Source of the DNA: Candidatus Cloacimonadales bacterium | Lineage (GTDB): Bacteria; Cloacimonadota; Cloacimonadia; Cloacimonadales; JAFGVF01 | Length of the DNA: 64,000 nucleotides | Assembly: GCA_963678315.1 (NCBI GenBank) | Contig: OY782781.1 | Coordinates: 288,001 to 352,000, forward strand | Direction: 5' to 3' | Shown: positions 1 through 9,761 of the stretch, in pieces | How positions within the stretch are numbered: position 1 is the stretch's first letter | How the letters are laid out: each line of letters begins with the position of its first letter | The notes under the pieces: generated by a model | Databases searched by the model: none | The model's input: only the letters and a program-made list of their open reading frames with translations | What the model was told of the DNA's origin: nothing | Translations under genes and position numbers: made by a program

Positions 1-1594
1 TAGCTACAACTTTCCAGAAGTAAGTTGATAAGTTATCAAGGTCTGCTACTTCATAAGTAGTAACATTTTGAGAATCAACAACTTTTGCAGATTCAACATT
101 AGCTTCTACATCAGCTGCGTTATTAGAGAAATAAACATCAACATTAGTTGTGTTTTCATTAAGAGTCCATTCTAAAGAAGTAGCTAAACCATCAATAATT
201 GTACCATTAACAGGAGCTGTTAAAGTAGCAGCAACTGGTTCATTAGCAGGAATTTCTTCAAATAATACATTATCAATATAGATAGATCTATAAGTTCCAT
301 TAACACCATGTTTGAAAGCATATCTACTTTCACCAGCAGTTAATGCAACTGTATATTCAGCCCATTCGTTTGTGATATCAATAGTTTCAATTGCAGTAAA
401 TGTTGAAGCATCCGCTACATCACTAATAGTACCCAATATAATTTGGTTTCCATCAGCTGTTGAAGTAGTTTTTGCCATGAAGATAACTCTTGCATCTGTT
501 CCATCTAATAATGGAGTAACTGCAAGAAGTTCAGCTTCTTCATCACCAACGTTGTATAATTTTACACCATTAGAAGATTCGTAACCAGCAGATGTACTTA
601 CACCAACTTCAGCACTTGTACTTGTACTGTTTTTAACTGATGCCCAACCTAAAGGTAATTGTGATGAAGCAACTTCTTCGAAGTCATAAGTCACAGGAAG
701 AGTGATTTCACCAACTTCTGTAGTGAATGACCATACTGAAGATGTAGCTGTTAAATTAGAAACATTGTTATTCGCAACAACTTTCCAGAAGTATGTAGTA
801 GCATATTCTAAGTTGAAGTCATAAGATTCAACTAATTGATCATCTACAACTTTTGCTGAAGCTTCGTTATTAACGACATCTTCTTCGTTTGCAGATAAGT
901 AAACATCAACTGAAGTTGTATAATCATTATTTGTCCAAGTTAAAGAACCAGCAATAGCATTTTCTGCTGAGAAATTAACTGGTGTAGCTAATGAAGCAGC
1001 AACAGGTTCATTTTCTACAGTATATACTAATCTAGTATTAGGATGGAATGATTGAAGTGTACCAACTGCTTCAGGGAATGAAGAATCTTGGTATTTGTAA
1101 GCTGATCTGCTATTATCTGTAGCAGTCTTTTTAAACACTGGGTAACCAGAAGCATAACTTGCATCTCTGTTTTCCCATAAGATTTCAAGGTTTGAAGTAC
1201 CATCATATTCAAATGGTGTGTCGAAAGTAACACCTTGCCAGCCTGAACCATCCCAAACTACATCACCTTCAAATACAAGTGTGTAATCATACATTTCAGG
1301 GAATGGGTAAGCAACAGTAACTGAATCAGTAGTAACTGCCTTTACATAAACTTTTTGTGTTAAAGATTGATAGTTATTACAGTCGTTTGAAACATCAAAT
1401 TCGATACCACTAATTGAAAGTGATTGACCAATTTGATCAGCTGTAAGAACAAATGTAGACCAAGAATAATCATAGTAACCATAAAGTGGTACATAGTTAG
1501 TAGTTTCTGTACCGTCTCCGATTTCAACAAAAGCTGCAAATGATGACGTAATGGCCAAAAGAGCCATCATAAGCACAATAATTGTCTTTTTCAT
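1..1594 (-). CDS. Large secreted surface protein, partial (runs off the left edge); paralogue of the 1898..6154 protein
   Basis: Absent from the ORF track because no stop codon lies in the window. ATG at 1594 with AAGGAG upstream; translates MKKTIIVLMMALLAITSSFAAFVEIGDGTETTNYVPLYGYYDYSWS..., a signal peptide plus an N-terminal domain matching the neighbour (FVEIGDGTTTTNYFPSYGYYDNSWS; both contain L.I.WENRD and Y.WKVV). Confidence 0.85.
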   Translation of the reverse strand, partial: MKKTIIVLMMALLAITSSFAAFVEIGDGTETTNYVPLYGYYDYSWSTFVLTADQIGQSLSISGIEFDVSNDCNNYQSLTQKVYVKAVTTDSVTVAYPFPEMYDYTLVFEGDVVWDGSGWQGVTFDTPFEYDGTSNLEILWENRDASYASGYPVFKKTATDNSRSAYKYQDSSFPEAVGTLQSFHPNTRLVYTVENEPVAASLATPVNFSAENAIAGSLTWTNNDYTTSVDVYLSANEEDVVNNEASAKVVDDQLVESYDFNLEYATTYFWKVVANNNVSNLTATSSVWSFTTEVGEITLPVTYDFEEVASSQLPLGWASVKNSTSTSAEVGVSTSAGYESSNGVKLYNVGDEEAELLAVTPLLDGTDARVIFMAKTTSTADGNQIILGTISDVADASTFTAIETIDITNEWAEYTVALTAGESRYAFKHGVNGTYRSIYIDNVLFEEIPANEPVAATLTAPVNGTIIDGLATSLEWTLNENTTNVDVYFSNNAADVEANVESAKVVDSQNVTTYEVADLDNLSTYFWKVVA

Positions 1595-1647
1595 AACATG
1601 TTCTCCTTAATTAATTTTTAGGCATAAGCCTATTTTAGCATGTGGGT

Positions 1648-1677
1648 CAAACTTAGAGTTATCATTTACTGTGTCAA
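1648..1677 (-). promoter_or_regulatory. Putative housekeeping-sigma promoter of the 1594 gene
   Basis: TTGACA (1677-1672), 16-nt spacer, TAAGTTTG (1655-1648) on the minus strand. Confidence 0.5.
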
Positions 1678-1835
1678 CTACAAAGTGCTAACACAATTGA
1701 CACCATGTAAAAAGTATTGATAAAACACACTTTATAAGCTACTACTTATTAGTGCATTTACTGTTCCATTAAGTATTGAAAACAACTGGATTGTTAAACC
1801 TAACCTACAGGATGCATAAGCAATATTCGTGAAAC

Positions 1836-1863
1836 AAGAAAAGGCTGACACAAGGTCAGCCTT
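1836..1863 (-). terminator. Rho-independent terminator
   Basis: AAGGCTGAC-cttgt-GTCAGCCTT followed by TTCTTGTTT, about 35 nt after the stop at 1898. Confidence 0.8.
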
Positions 1864-1897
1864 CTTTATTAATATTCGATTACAAATTAGAATGATA

Positions 1898-4800
1898 CTA
1901 TTTCATAAGAATCATTTTCTTAGTTGAAGAATACTTTCCTGATTTCATTCTGTAGAAGAATACACCAGAAGCAACATTCTTACCATTATCATTTTGACCA
2001 TTCCAAACAACAGTATGGTTACCAGCTTCCATGTTATCATTTACAAGAGTTCTAACTTTTTGACCCTTAACATTGAAGATATCAATAGAAACAGGACCGT
2101 TTTCTTTTGTTGAGAAAGCGATAGTAGTTTCAGGGTTGAATGGGTTAGGATAGTTACCTTGTAACATTGAAACAGCAGGAACTTCGTTATTAACTGTAGG
2201 TGTTCCACCTGGTGCATTGATTGCAACATCATCAACCATGAAGATGAATGCATCATTAGATACACATTGGATTGCTAATCTGATTGAAGAGTTAGCATAA
2301 GCTGATAAGTCATAAGAGAAGTTAGTCCAAGCAAGTGGAGCTTCAGTATATGTTACACCAGAGATTGAAGTAAAGTCGTCTGGATTAGTTGAACCGTCAG
2401 AAACAAGAACGTTAAATCTTTCTGCACCGTAATCATGAGTATATGATTTAGCCATAAAGCTGAATGAACCACCAGCAGCTAGTTCGATAACTGGAGTCAT
2501 CATCCAATCATCGTTTTGAGTTGAAGGAGACATAGCAGCAAAACAAGCAGCATACTTTTCACCAGTGTTAGCTAAGAAAGCTGCATCATCAAGTACTGGA
2601 GTAGTTGAGTTTGGATTAAATACTATATAAGCCATCATAGCACCTGTATTAGGGAAAGTAGTACCTTGGAAGCCATAAGTAGCATTTAAGTCATTATCAA
2701 CTAGAGTCCATGGTGCCATTTCAAGTGCAAAGTCATCATAAGATTCGAATGAATCTTGCAATATGTATTCTGCGTTAGCAATAGTTGCTGAAGCTGTATT
2801 AGAAGCTTCAGATTCTTCTGCTCCATACATTGCAGTTACATAGTATTCATAAGTACCTTCAGCAAGGTCAGCATCTGTATAAGTTAATGTAGAAGCATCA
2901 ACGTCCATTAAGAATGTACCATCTTTATAGATTTTGTATCCAGTTAATTCTCTATCGATACGAGTAGTTTCAACTTTTTTAACTTTACTTACTGAAATTA
3001 ATTTAGTTCCAGGAATTCTGATTTCGTTTCTTCCATCACTCATAACTACGTTATCGATGAAAGTAGTCCACCAAAGACCTTGACCATCGCCATCTACACA
3101 TTGCCATGCAACATTGATAGTTTCAGAAGCATAAGCTGATAGGTCGATAGTTATTGGAGTATCAAAGTGGTTAGCACCTTCAGGTTCATCAGAAGCATTC
3201 CAGAGTGCAGTCCAGTTGTTTCCACCATCAGTAGAAACTTTCACATAATAATTATCGCCTTCAGTAGAACCATATTGACCGTAGAAGTCAAATGTCATTG
3301 AAGAAACATTAGCAACAGCAGGAGTAATTAACCATTCATCTTGAGCTGAGTAATCCCAACCACACATAGCTTGGTAAGTACCGTCAGTAGGCACAACATC
3401 ACCATCAGTGAATGTTACAGTTTCAACTTGTTCCCAAGTTTTTGTAGTATTAGTTTGAACGTTAGTCCAATCTGTTGGAGGGAATTCACCTTCGAAGCTT
3501 TCAGCACTTGGATCTGATGGTTGAGCTGGAGCAGACCAGTTAAGAACAATATCATCATCCATAGCAGCAGCAGTTAAGTTTGCAGGAGGAAGAATTTCTT
3601 CTTCTTCAGCTAAAGTAACAGTAGCAGTGTTTGAAGGTTCAGCGTTTGCTTCAGTATATGTAGCAATCACATAATATTCATAAGTACCATATTCAAGACC
3701 AGCATCAGTGTATGTAAGAACATCAGCACCAACAGTAGTTAACATAGCACCATCTTTATATATTTCATAACCAGTTAAATCTCTTGTATAAGCAGATGCA
3801 TATTCCATTCTAAGTTGTGATTGGAATCTAGATACGAATCTTCTTTCAGCAGGAGCATCCCAGTTAAGTTCAACATCCATTTCATTAACAACTTCAGCTG
3901 TTAAGTTTTGAGCTGGGTTATAAACTGGAGGAGCTGTATCAATAACTACAGATACAAGGTTTGTAGGGTTAGATTCATCTGTTCCATAAAGAGCAGTAAC
4001 TTTATATTCATAAGAACCGTCATTAAGGTCAGCATCAACATAAGTTGTATCAGCTGCGCCCATAACTGAAGTAATTATTGTACTATTTCTATAAATATTG
4101 TATCCAGTAATTTCTATTGGATCTCTATACATAACTCTTCCACCACCAATCATACCTTGGATTGAGAAGTTTCTGTCATATACTGCACCAAGTGTTGAAG
4201 CTGAGCCCCATGCGTTCATATACATGTAGATGTCACCTTTACCAGCTACAGCAGGACCAGCGTCCATACCAATAGGGTAACCGTTAGGAGTATCTGCATG
4301 AATACCAATCCATAATTCTTGAGAAGCATCAATTGTTAAAGGAGTAGCCATTTCAAGAATATTCCATTCATTAATAGCAATACCTTCAGCAGCTTGTGTA
4401 AATACTTCTGTACCTGGATTGAAAGTAGTTCCATCAGAAGAACCACCAGTCCATACTTTTACAGTATAAGTAGCATCAGCAACTCTAGGGAAGAATCTAA
4501 CTTTAGAAAGCATAGAACCATCATAAGAAGCTAAATCATCAGTATCGAATCTGATAGCACCAACAAGTTCAGCAGCTGAGCCAATACCGAAACCATCATT
4601 ATTAACGCCATCACCATAATACATCCATGTACCTTCATCTTCAGGAAGGATAGGCATATTCCATGATAAATTAACATTAACATCATCAACTACTTCTGCC
4701 ATTAAGTTAGATGGAGCAGGGAATTCTTCAACCACTTCATCACCAAAGTTAAAGATAACATTAGGAATAGCAGCTTTCAATATTCCAGTTGGAGGATCCA

Positions 4801-6154
4801 TTGGATCAGGATTATTTGAGTCACTTCTAAAAGTAATTGATTTACCATTAGCAGCTTCTGAACAGTAGAATTCATCTGAGCTTGAGTGATAACCTGCTGT
4901 ATTTTCTTCAACAGCAACTAATAAGTTTTGAGTATTATCATAATTAAAAGGTGTATCTAGTTCAATTTGCACCCAGCCATCAACAGCTTCTACTGATAAT
5001 GCACCTTCATAAACAAGAGTTAACTGGTCATAAGCTACCCAGCTTTCAGTTGTTTCAAAAGTATCAATTTCAGTAGTGGCCATATAAACAGCTATTGTAT
5101 CAGGACCCCAAGCAGAATTACCATTATAATGCCATGCTAAACTTGTGATAGCACCATTAGTATTGATATCTTCTTGGTTATAAATTGATTGTGAATATGT
5201 GAAGCCATAAAATGGTTCGATTGGTAAACTTTGGTTAGTTAATTCACCATAACCAACTTGTACAGTACCTTCAGGAAGAACTGTAGAGAAAGAAGATATT
5301 GGTGAAGCTACTTCAAAGTCTGCAGAAGATCTAGAAACAACTTTCCAATAATAGTTTGTCCATTCTTCTAATGAAGCAGAATAAGTTGTAACATTTTGAT
5401 TATCAACAACCATTGCAGAAGCATCCATTGTGTTAACCATTTCATAATCAGATGATAAGTATACATCAACAGCAACTGTATTTTCACCCATTTCCCATGA
5501 AAGATCTGTAGCAAGAGCAACATCAGTTGCACCATCAATAGGAGCAATCATTGTTACAGGAGTAGGTTCATCAGCAACTGCATAACCTAATCTAGTATTA
5601 GGATAATACATAACGTTTGTTCCATCAATAGCAGGGAAATCATTATCAGCATATTTGTAAGCTGCAACGTTAGTTTCAACATCTGTTTTTAAAACGTTAG
5701 GGTAACCTGTTGAATAAGATCCATCTCTGTTTTCCCAAACGATTTGAAGATTAGATGTACCGTCATAAGCAAATGGAGTATCAAAGAATACACCTTGCCA
5801 TCCACCACCATTATATGTGATTGAACCATCAAATACTAATGTGAAGCCATTAGTTTCTGGTGCTGGATATGCTACAGCAACTTCAGTTTCTGTAACTAAT
5901 TTTAAATATAATTTTTGATCAACCATTTCATAGTTAGCAGGAGTATTTCCTACATTGAATTGAATTTGATTAATTTCAATTGCGTCTCCGATTTGATCAG
6001 AGGTTAAGATATAGTTTGACCAACTATTGTCATAATATCCATAAGATGGGAAATAGTTAGTTGTGGTAGTACCATCTCCAATTTCCACAAATAGTGAAAA
6101 CATAGATGTAAAAACAAAAAGCAAAGCTAAAATAGTTAGCGTTTTCTTTTTCAT
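1898..6154 (-). CDS. Secreted multidomain adhesin-like protein (FN3-like and cleaved-adhesin/choice-of-anchor J-like domains, T9SS type A/FlgD-Ig C-terminal domain)
   Basis: Likely start MKKKTL at 6154 with AAGGAG RBS and a signal peptide. Repeated P.NL.A...L.W..P / GY.IY / YEYYV.A.Y FN3 units; ESFE...QDEWLITP and DSFE...NDDWMMTP cleaved-adhesin-like domains; C-terminal NYPNPFNPETTI...SGVFFYRM...KKMILMK. Confidence 0.85.
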   Translation of the reverse strand: MKKKTLTILALLFVFTSMFSLFVEIGDGTTTTNYFPSYGYYDNSWSNYILTSDQIGDAIEINQIQFNVGNTPANYEMVDQKLYLKLVTETEVAVAYPAPETNGFTLVFDGSITYNGGGWQGVFFDTPFAYDGTSNLQIVWENRDGSYSTGYPNVLKTDVETNVAAYKYADNDFPAIDGTNVMYYPNTRLGYAVADEPTPVTMIAPIDGATDVALATDLSWEMGENTVAVDVYLSSDYEMVNTMDASAMVVDNQNVTTYSASLEEWTNYYWKVVSRSSADFEVASPISSFSTVLPEGTVQVGYGELTNQSLPIEPFYGFTYSQSIYNQEDINTNGAITSLAWHYNGNSAWGPDTIAVYMATTEIDTFETTESWVAYDQLTLVYEGALSVEAVDGWVQIELDTPFNYDNTQNLLVAVEENTAGYHSSSDEFYCSEAANGKSITFRSDSNNPDPMDPPTGILKAAIPNVIFNFGDEVVEEFPAPSNLMAEVVDDVNVNLSWNMPILPEDEGTWMYYGDGVNNDGFGIGSAAELVGAIRFDTDDLASYDGSMLSKVRFFPRVADATYTVKVWTGGSSDGTTFNPGTEVFTQAAEGIAINEWNILEMATPLTIDASQELWIGIHADTPNGYPIGMDAGPAVAGKGDIYMYMNAWGSASTLGAVYDRNFSIQGMIGGGRVMYRDPIEITGYNIYRNSTIITSVMGAADTTYVDADLNDGSYEYKVTALYGTDESNPTNLVSVVIDTAPPVYNPAQNLTAEVVNEMDVELNWDAPAERRFVSRFQSQLRMEYASAYTRDLTGYEIYKDGAMLTTVGADVLTYTDAGLEYGTYEYYVIATYTEANAEPSNTATVTLAEEEEILPPANLTAAAMDDDIVLNWSAPAQPSDPSAESFEGEFPPTDWTNVQTNTTKTWEQVETVTFTDGDVVPTDGTYQAMCGWDYSAQDEWLITPAVANVSSMTFDFYGQYGSTEGDNYYVKVSTDGGNNWTALWNASDEPEGANHFDTPITIDLSAYASETINVAWQCVDGDGQGLWWTTFIDNVVMSDGRNEIRIPGTKLISVSKVKKVETTRIDRELTGYKIYKDGTFLMDVDASTLTYTDADLAEGTYEYYVTAMYGAEESEASNTASATIANAEYILQDSFESYDDFALEMAPWTLVDNDLNATYGFQGTTFPNTGAMMAYIVFNPNSTTPVLDDAAFLANTGEKYAACFAAMSPSTQNDDWMMTPVIELAAGGSFSFMAKSYTHDYGAERFNVLVSDGSTNPDDFTSISGVTYTEAPLAWTNFSYDLSAYANSSIRLAIQCVSNDAFIFMVDDVAINAPGGTPTVNNEVPAVSMLQGNYPNPFNPETTIAFSTKENGPVSIDIFNVKGQKVRTLVNDNMEAGNHTVVWNGQNDNGKNVASGVFFYRMKSGKYSSTKKMILMK

Positions 6155-6229
6155 TTGTAATTCTCCTTTTTCTGTGTTAAATTCTCTCATATTTAGTTAA
6201 ATCTTATTATTTAATCTAATCACTTTTTT

Positions 6230-6260
6230 CAAATTTACATTTTTCAAGAATTTTTGTCAA
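6230..6260 (-). promoter_or_regulatory. Putative housekeeping-sigma promoter of the 6154 gene
   Basis: TTGACA (6260-6255), 17-nt spacer, TAAATTTG (6237-6230). Confidence 0.5.
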
Positions 6261-6537
6261 ATAAAAATTGTTCATATATATAAAGAATATTAACCAAGTC
6301 ATCTCATATCATATTTAATTTATAAAAAATACTCTTTTATCGAATATAATTTGAAGTTCTGTAATTTTATAATTGGTTTTAAGTATACTTTAGTTACACT
6401 ATCTACACTTCGTATACATATTTATTTTATGTAGACAATTCTTACTGATAGATATTGACTTGTATTTAACTTTTGAGGATTACTATATAGTCATTTTAAT
6501 ATTGTTAAATATCTGATTATTAGTTTTTTATGAATAT

Positions 6538-6676
6538 AAAAAAAGGGGATTCCCATGTTTAAAATACCACCACACTATTTCAAACACAGTAAATCCCACA
6601 CTAAGCACATTTGAGAGAATTTAGCATCCGGGGAGAATGCTAATTGTAGTTTGGAGTGACAAACTCACAAAACTTC
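6538..6676 (-). ncRNA. Candidate sigma54-dependent small RNA (~140 nt)
   Basis: Lies between a -24/-12 promoter (6702-6687) and a long hairpin (6597-6546) followed by U7. Contains hairpin UUAGCAUUC-UCCCC-GGAUGCUAA (6643-6621). No ORF in the track. Family not recognised. Confidence 0.5.
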
Positions 6677-6686
6677 TTCTATGTAT

Positions 6687-6702
6687 TGCAAATATCGTTC
6701 CA
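6687..6702 (-). promoter_or_regulatory. Sigma54 (RpoN) -24/-12 promoter
   Basis: TGGAAC-GATAT-TTGCA versus consensus TGGCAC-N5-TTGCW, with exact GG/GC spacing. Confidence 0.6.
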
Positions 6703-6949
6703 AACCATTTCGATATTTTTATTTCAAATGTGTTTTTAGTCATCCTTTTTACTAAATTTTCTTAGACTTTTTGAAAATTATTTCTTGTGTTTTCATTTAA
6801 AATATTCAATTTTCAAGTATTTTTTTTAATCTTTTTTTCTTTAGCAAAGTGTGAAACTCTGCTTCTCTAGAGGTTAATCCTACACATGCCTCACTATTGA
6901 AATCATCGGCTCTGAAGAAATATGGACTTACAGGACACGACAAGGTTTT

Positions 6950-7220
6950 TGTGTAAGCATGAACTTCGTTCAACCTATCGGGGATGCTTACACTTCATTT
7001 TGAGAGACTTTTTTCCAAATGTCTCTACAAATTCACTTATCACTACGTTCTAAGTGAAGCCAGCGCGGAGGCTGGCGATCCCAGTATGTCCACCATGTCA
7101 CTAACTTCCAACTCTTAACTTCTAACTTCTAACTCCTAACTTACTGGTCTCCTTGAAAAATCGGCTTTTTTTCAAGGAGGCAAGTAAGGGTGTAGAGTGT
7201 TTCCAAAACCTCTCGAAAAT
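6950..7220. repeat. Mosaic REP-like palindrome island 1
   Basis: GTGTAAGCAT...ATGCTTACAC hairpin; GAGAGAC...GTCTCTAC; TTCACTTA...TAAGTGAA-GCCAGCgcggagGCTGGCGATCCCAGT (7031-7085); heptamer tandem; TTACT..TCTCCTTGAAAAA...TTTTTCAAGGAGGCAAGTAAGG (7141-7190). Units recur elsewhere in the window. Confidence 0.8.
7101..7142. repeat. Heptamer tandem repeat (CTAACTY) x6
   Basis: ctaactt ccaactc ttaactt ctaactt ctaactc ctaactt. Confidence 0.8.
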
Positions 7221-7350
7221 GACTAAAAACTTCTAAAGGACAGATATATTAAAACATAATCAATTAATTGTTTGACAATTTGGCAATCAGAAGTTTTACT
7301 AATATTTTAGTCATTTAAATGCTATATTATACGATAAATAAGGATTTGCT

Positions 7351-7845
7351 ATGAGTAACGCAGAAGAAATTATTAAGAAACTTGCTTTATGCCCACATCC
7401 ATCTGAAGGGGGCTATTTTGCAAGAACATATACATCGGATATTTTAATTAATGAGCCTGAGTCAACTAATAAAAGAAGTATAGCTTCTGCAATATATTAT
7501 CTATTAGCTCCTCAATCAGTATCTAGATTACATAGTCTAGAGCAAGATGAGATATGGCATTTTTATGCTGGTGATCCTGTTGAGGTGTTATTAATTAAAG
7601 AAGATGGATCTTGTGAGATATGCGTGTTTGGAAATGATATTCTAAATGGGCAAATTCCTCAATTAATAATTAAAAAAGGAACTATCTTTGGAGCCAGACT
7701 CATATCCGGTGGAAAATATGCTCTCTTTGGAGCAACTCTTTCTCCAGAGTTTTGTTATGAAGATTATCATGAGCCAAATATTGACCAAATTATAAGCAAA
7801 TATCCTCAGCATAAAGACTTTATACTATCCATAATGAGAAAATAA
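7351..7845 (+). CDS. Cupin-fold protein (DUF985/Cupin_5-like)
   Basis: L.PHPSEGGYF.RTY, SAIYYLL, S.LH.L..DEIWHFYAGDP and LSPEF.YED motifs. Confidence 0.85.
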   Translation: MSNAEEIIKKLALCPHPSEGGYFARTYTSDILINEPESTNKRSIASAIYYLLAPQSVSRLHSLEQDEIWHFYAGDPVEVLLIKEDGSCEICVFGNDILNGQIPQLIIKKGTIFGARLISGGKYALFGATLSPEFCYEDYHEPNIDQIISKYPQHKDFILSIMRK

Positions 7846-7860
7846 CAAGGAAGGATTTCT

Positions 7861-9114
7861 ATGATTTTTAAGAATGTGAAGTTAAACAATCAAATAAAAA
7901 ATATTACAGTAAAAGATGGCATTATCACAGCAATATGCGATAAGATAGATGAAAGTTCAGATAAGGTTCACGATTGCCAGAACATGACCATTTTACCATC
8001 TTTAGGCAATGCACATACTCACGCAGCAATGACATTGATGAGAGGCTATGCTGATGATATGGAATTATTTAAGTGGTTAAGTGAATATATATGGCCTTTA
8101 GAAAGTCTTTTAACTGAAGAAGATGTTTATTGGGGTGTTAGATTAGCTTGTTTAGAAATGATAAAGACTGGAACCACCTGCTTCAATGATATGTACTGGC
8201 ACACAGATGCATGCATTAAAGCTGTTGAAGATGCAGGCATAAGAGCTGTGATTTCTCAAGTATTTTTAGACAATACAGACAATGACCTTTCTGATGCTCA
8301 AATCAAAGCTACTAAATCCTTCTTTAGGAAAAATACTGATTCTAACATGATTAAATATGCAATAGGTCCCCATGCTATTTATACAGTTTCCCAAAAATCT
8401 TTACAATGGATAGCCCAATATTCTAAAGAAAATGACAAACTTGTTCATATTCACTTAGCAGAAACAGAAAAAGAAGTAAGCGATTGCATAAAAGCGACTG
8501 GGATGACTCCTGTAAAGTATCTAGATTCTCTTAATTTCATAGACCATAATTCAATTCTTGCGCATGGTATCTGGCTTACAGAAGAGGAAATAAAAATTAT
8601 TGCCGATAGAGGAGCAACAATAGTTCATAATCCAATTTCTAATTTAAAATTAGCTTCTGGTTTTATTAAATATCCTCTTTTAAAAAAATATGGTGTAAGA
8701 ATTGCATTAGGTACTGATGGCTGTTCTTCCAATAATAATTTATCAATGCTTGAAGAGATGAAAATAGCCAGTTTAGTAACAAAACATTTAACTAAAGATC
8801 CAACTGCTTACAGTGCTAAGGATGTGTTTAATGATGCTACTCAAAGTGTTTATGAAGCTTTAAAAATTAATTCAGGTATAATTGAAGTTGGGAAAAATGC
8901 AGATTTTATGCTTCTAAAGAATAATAATTTCTTGCTAACACCTGGTTTTAACAGTCTTTCTGACTTAATTTATAGTGCTGATAGTTCTTCAATTGACACT
9001 CTTGTATGTAATGGAAAAATTGTCATGGGTAATGGTAAAGTAGAAGATGAAGATAAGATTATAAATAATGTAAAAAGAGTTGTTCAGCAGTTAATTGAAA
9101 GAAAGGGGATTTAA
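7861..9114 (+). CDS. mtaD: Amidohydrolase, 5-methylthioadenosine/S-adenosylhomocysteine deaminase-like
   Basis: NAHTHAAMTLMRGYADD, GTTCFNDMY, PHAIYT, HIHLAET, HNPISNLKLASG, LGTDGCSSNN. Confidence 0.75.
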   Translation: MIFKNVKLNNQIKNITVKDGIITAICDKIDESSDKVHDCQNMTILPSLGNAHTHAAMTLMRGYADDMELFKWLSEYIWPLESLLTEEDVYWGVRLACLEMIKTGTTCFNDMYWHTDACIKAVEDAGIRAVISQVFLDNTDNDLSDAQIKATKSFFRKNTDSNMIKYAIGPHAIYTVSQKSLQWIAQYSKENDKLVHIHLAETEKEVSDCIKATGMTPVKYLDSLNFIDHNSILAHGIWLTEEEIKIIADRGATIVHNPISNLKLASGFIKYPLLKKYGVRIALGTDGCSSNNNLSMLEEMKIASLVTKHLTKDPTAYSAKDVFNDATQSVYEALKINSGIIEVGKNADFMLLKNNNFLLTPGFNSLSDLIYSADSSSIDTLVCNGKIVMGNGKVEDEDKIINNVKRVVQQLIERKGI

Positions 9115-9326
9115 TGGATATCAAGAAAAAAGCAAGTTTTGTATCAGCAATATTATTCTTTGCAATAATTATTGTTATTAATTACTTATGGCCATATATG
9201 AAAAAAAGACAAGATACTATTGACATATTTATCCTTGCAATTATTTCGAGCACAGTCTATTATTTTATAGCCTATTTTTTACTAAGATTTATAGAAAGAA
9301 GAAAAAATAAAAAGGAAAAACAATGA
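9114..9326 (+). CDS. Small membrane protein with two TM helices
   Basis: Overlaps both neighbours (TAATG at its start, ATGA at its end), has a GGGG RBS, two hydrophobic stretches and a basic tail. Confidence 0.65.
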   Translation: MDIKKKASFVSAILFFAIIIVINYLWPYMKKRQDTIDIFILAIISSTVYYFIAYFLLRFIERRKNKKEKQ

Positions 9327-9760
9327 AAATTGCTTTAGCAGCAGACCATGGTGGCTTTGAGTTAAAAGAACATATCAAAAACTACTTGTCTGACAAATAT
9401 GAATTAATTGATTTGGGGACCAACAGTAATGATTCTGTGAATTATCCAGATTACGGAATCAAGGCTGGGGAAGCAGTTATTAATAAAGAAGTTGACTGTG
9501 CAATAATATTTTGCGGAACTGGTATTGGAATTAGTATTGCAGCTAATAAGGTTGCAGGGATTCGTGCAGCTTTGTGTCACAATGTTGAATACGCAAAGTT
9601 ATCTCGCCAACATAACAATGCAAATATTCTGTCACTTGGAGGAAGATTTACAAGTACAGAAGAAGCAGAAAAAATTGTTGATGCATGGATTAACACACCT
9701 TTCGAAGGTGGAAGACATCAAAATAGATTAAATATAATAAATGAATACGAGGTGAATTAA
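9323..9760 (+). CDS. rpiB: Ribose-5-phosphate isomerase B
   Basis: [35 protein letters not shown]; the rpiB-glyA adjacency is common. Confidence 0.95.
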   Translation: MKIALAADHGGFELKEHIKNYLSDKYELIDLGTNSNDSVNYPDYGIKAGEAVINKEVDCAIIFCGTGIGISIAANKVAGIRAALCHNVEYAKLSRQHNNANILSLGGRFTSTEEAEKIVDAWINTPFEGGRHQNRLNIINEYEVN

Positions 9761-9761
9761 T

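Noticed and set aside
6840..6950. Possible riboswitch (GCAAAG...GAAA) in the long intergenic region
   Set aside because: I could not build the paired stems of a c-di-GMP or other known aptamer.
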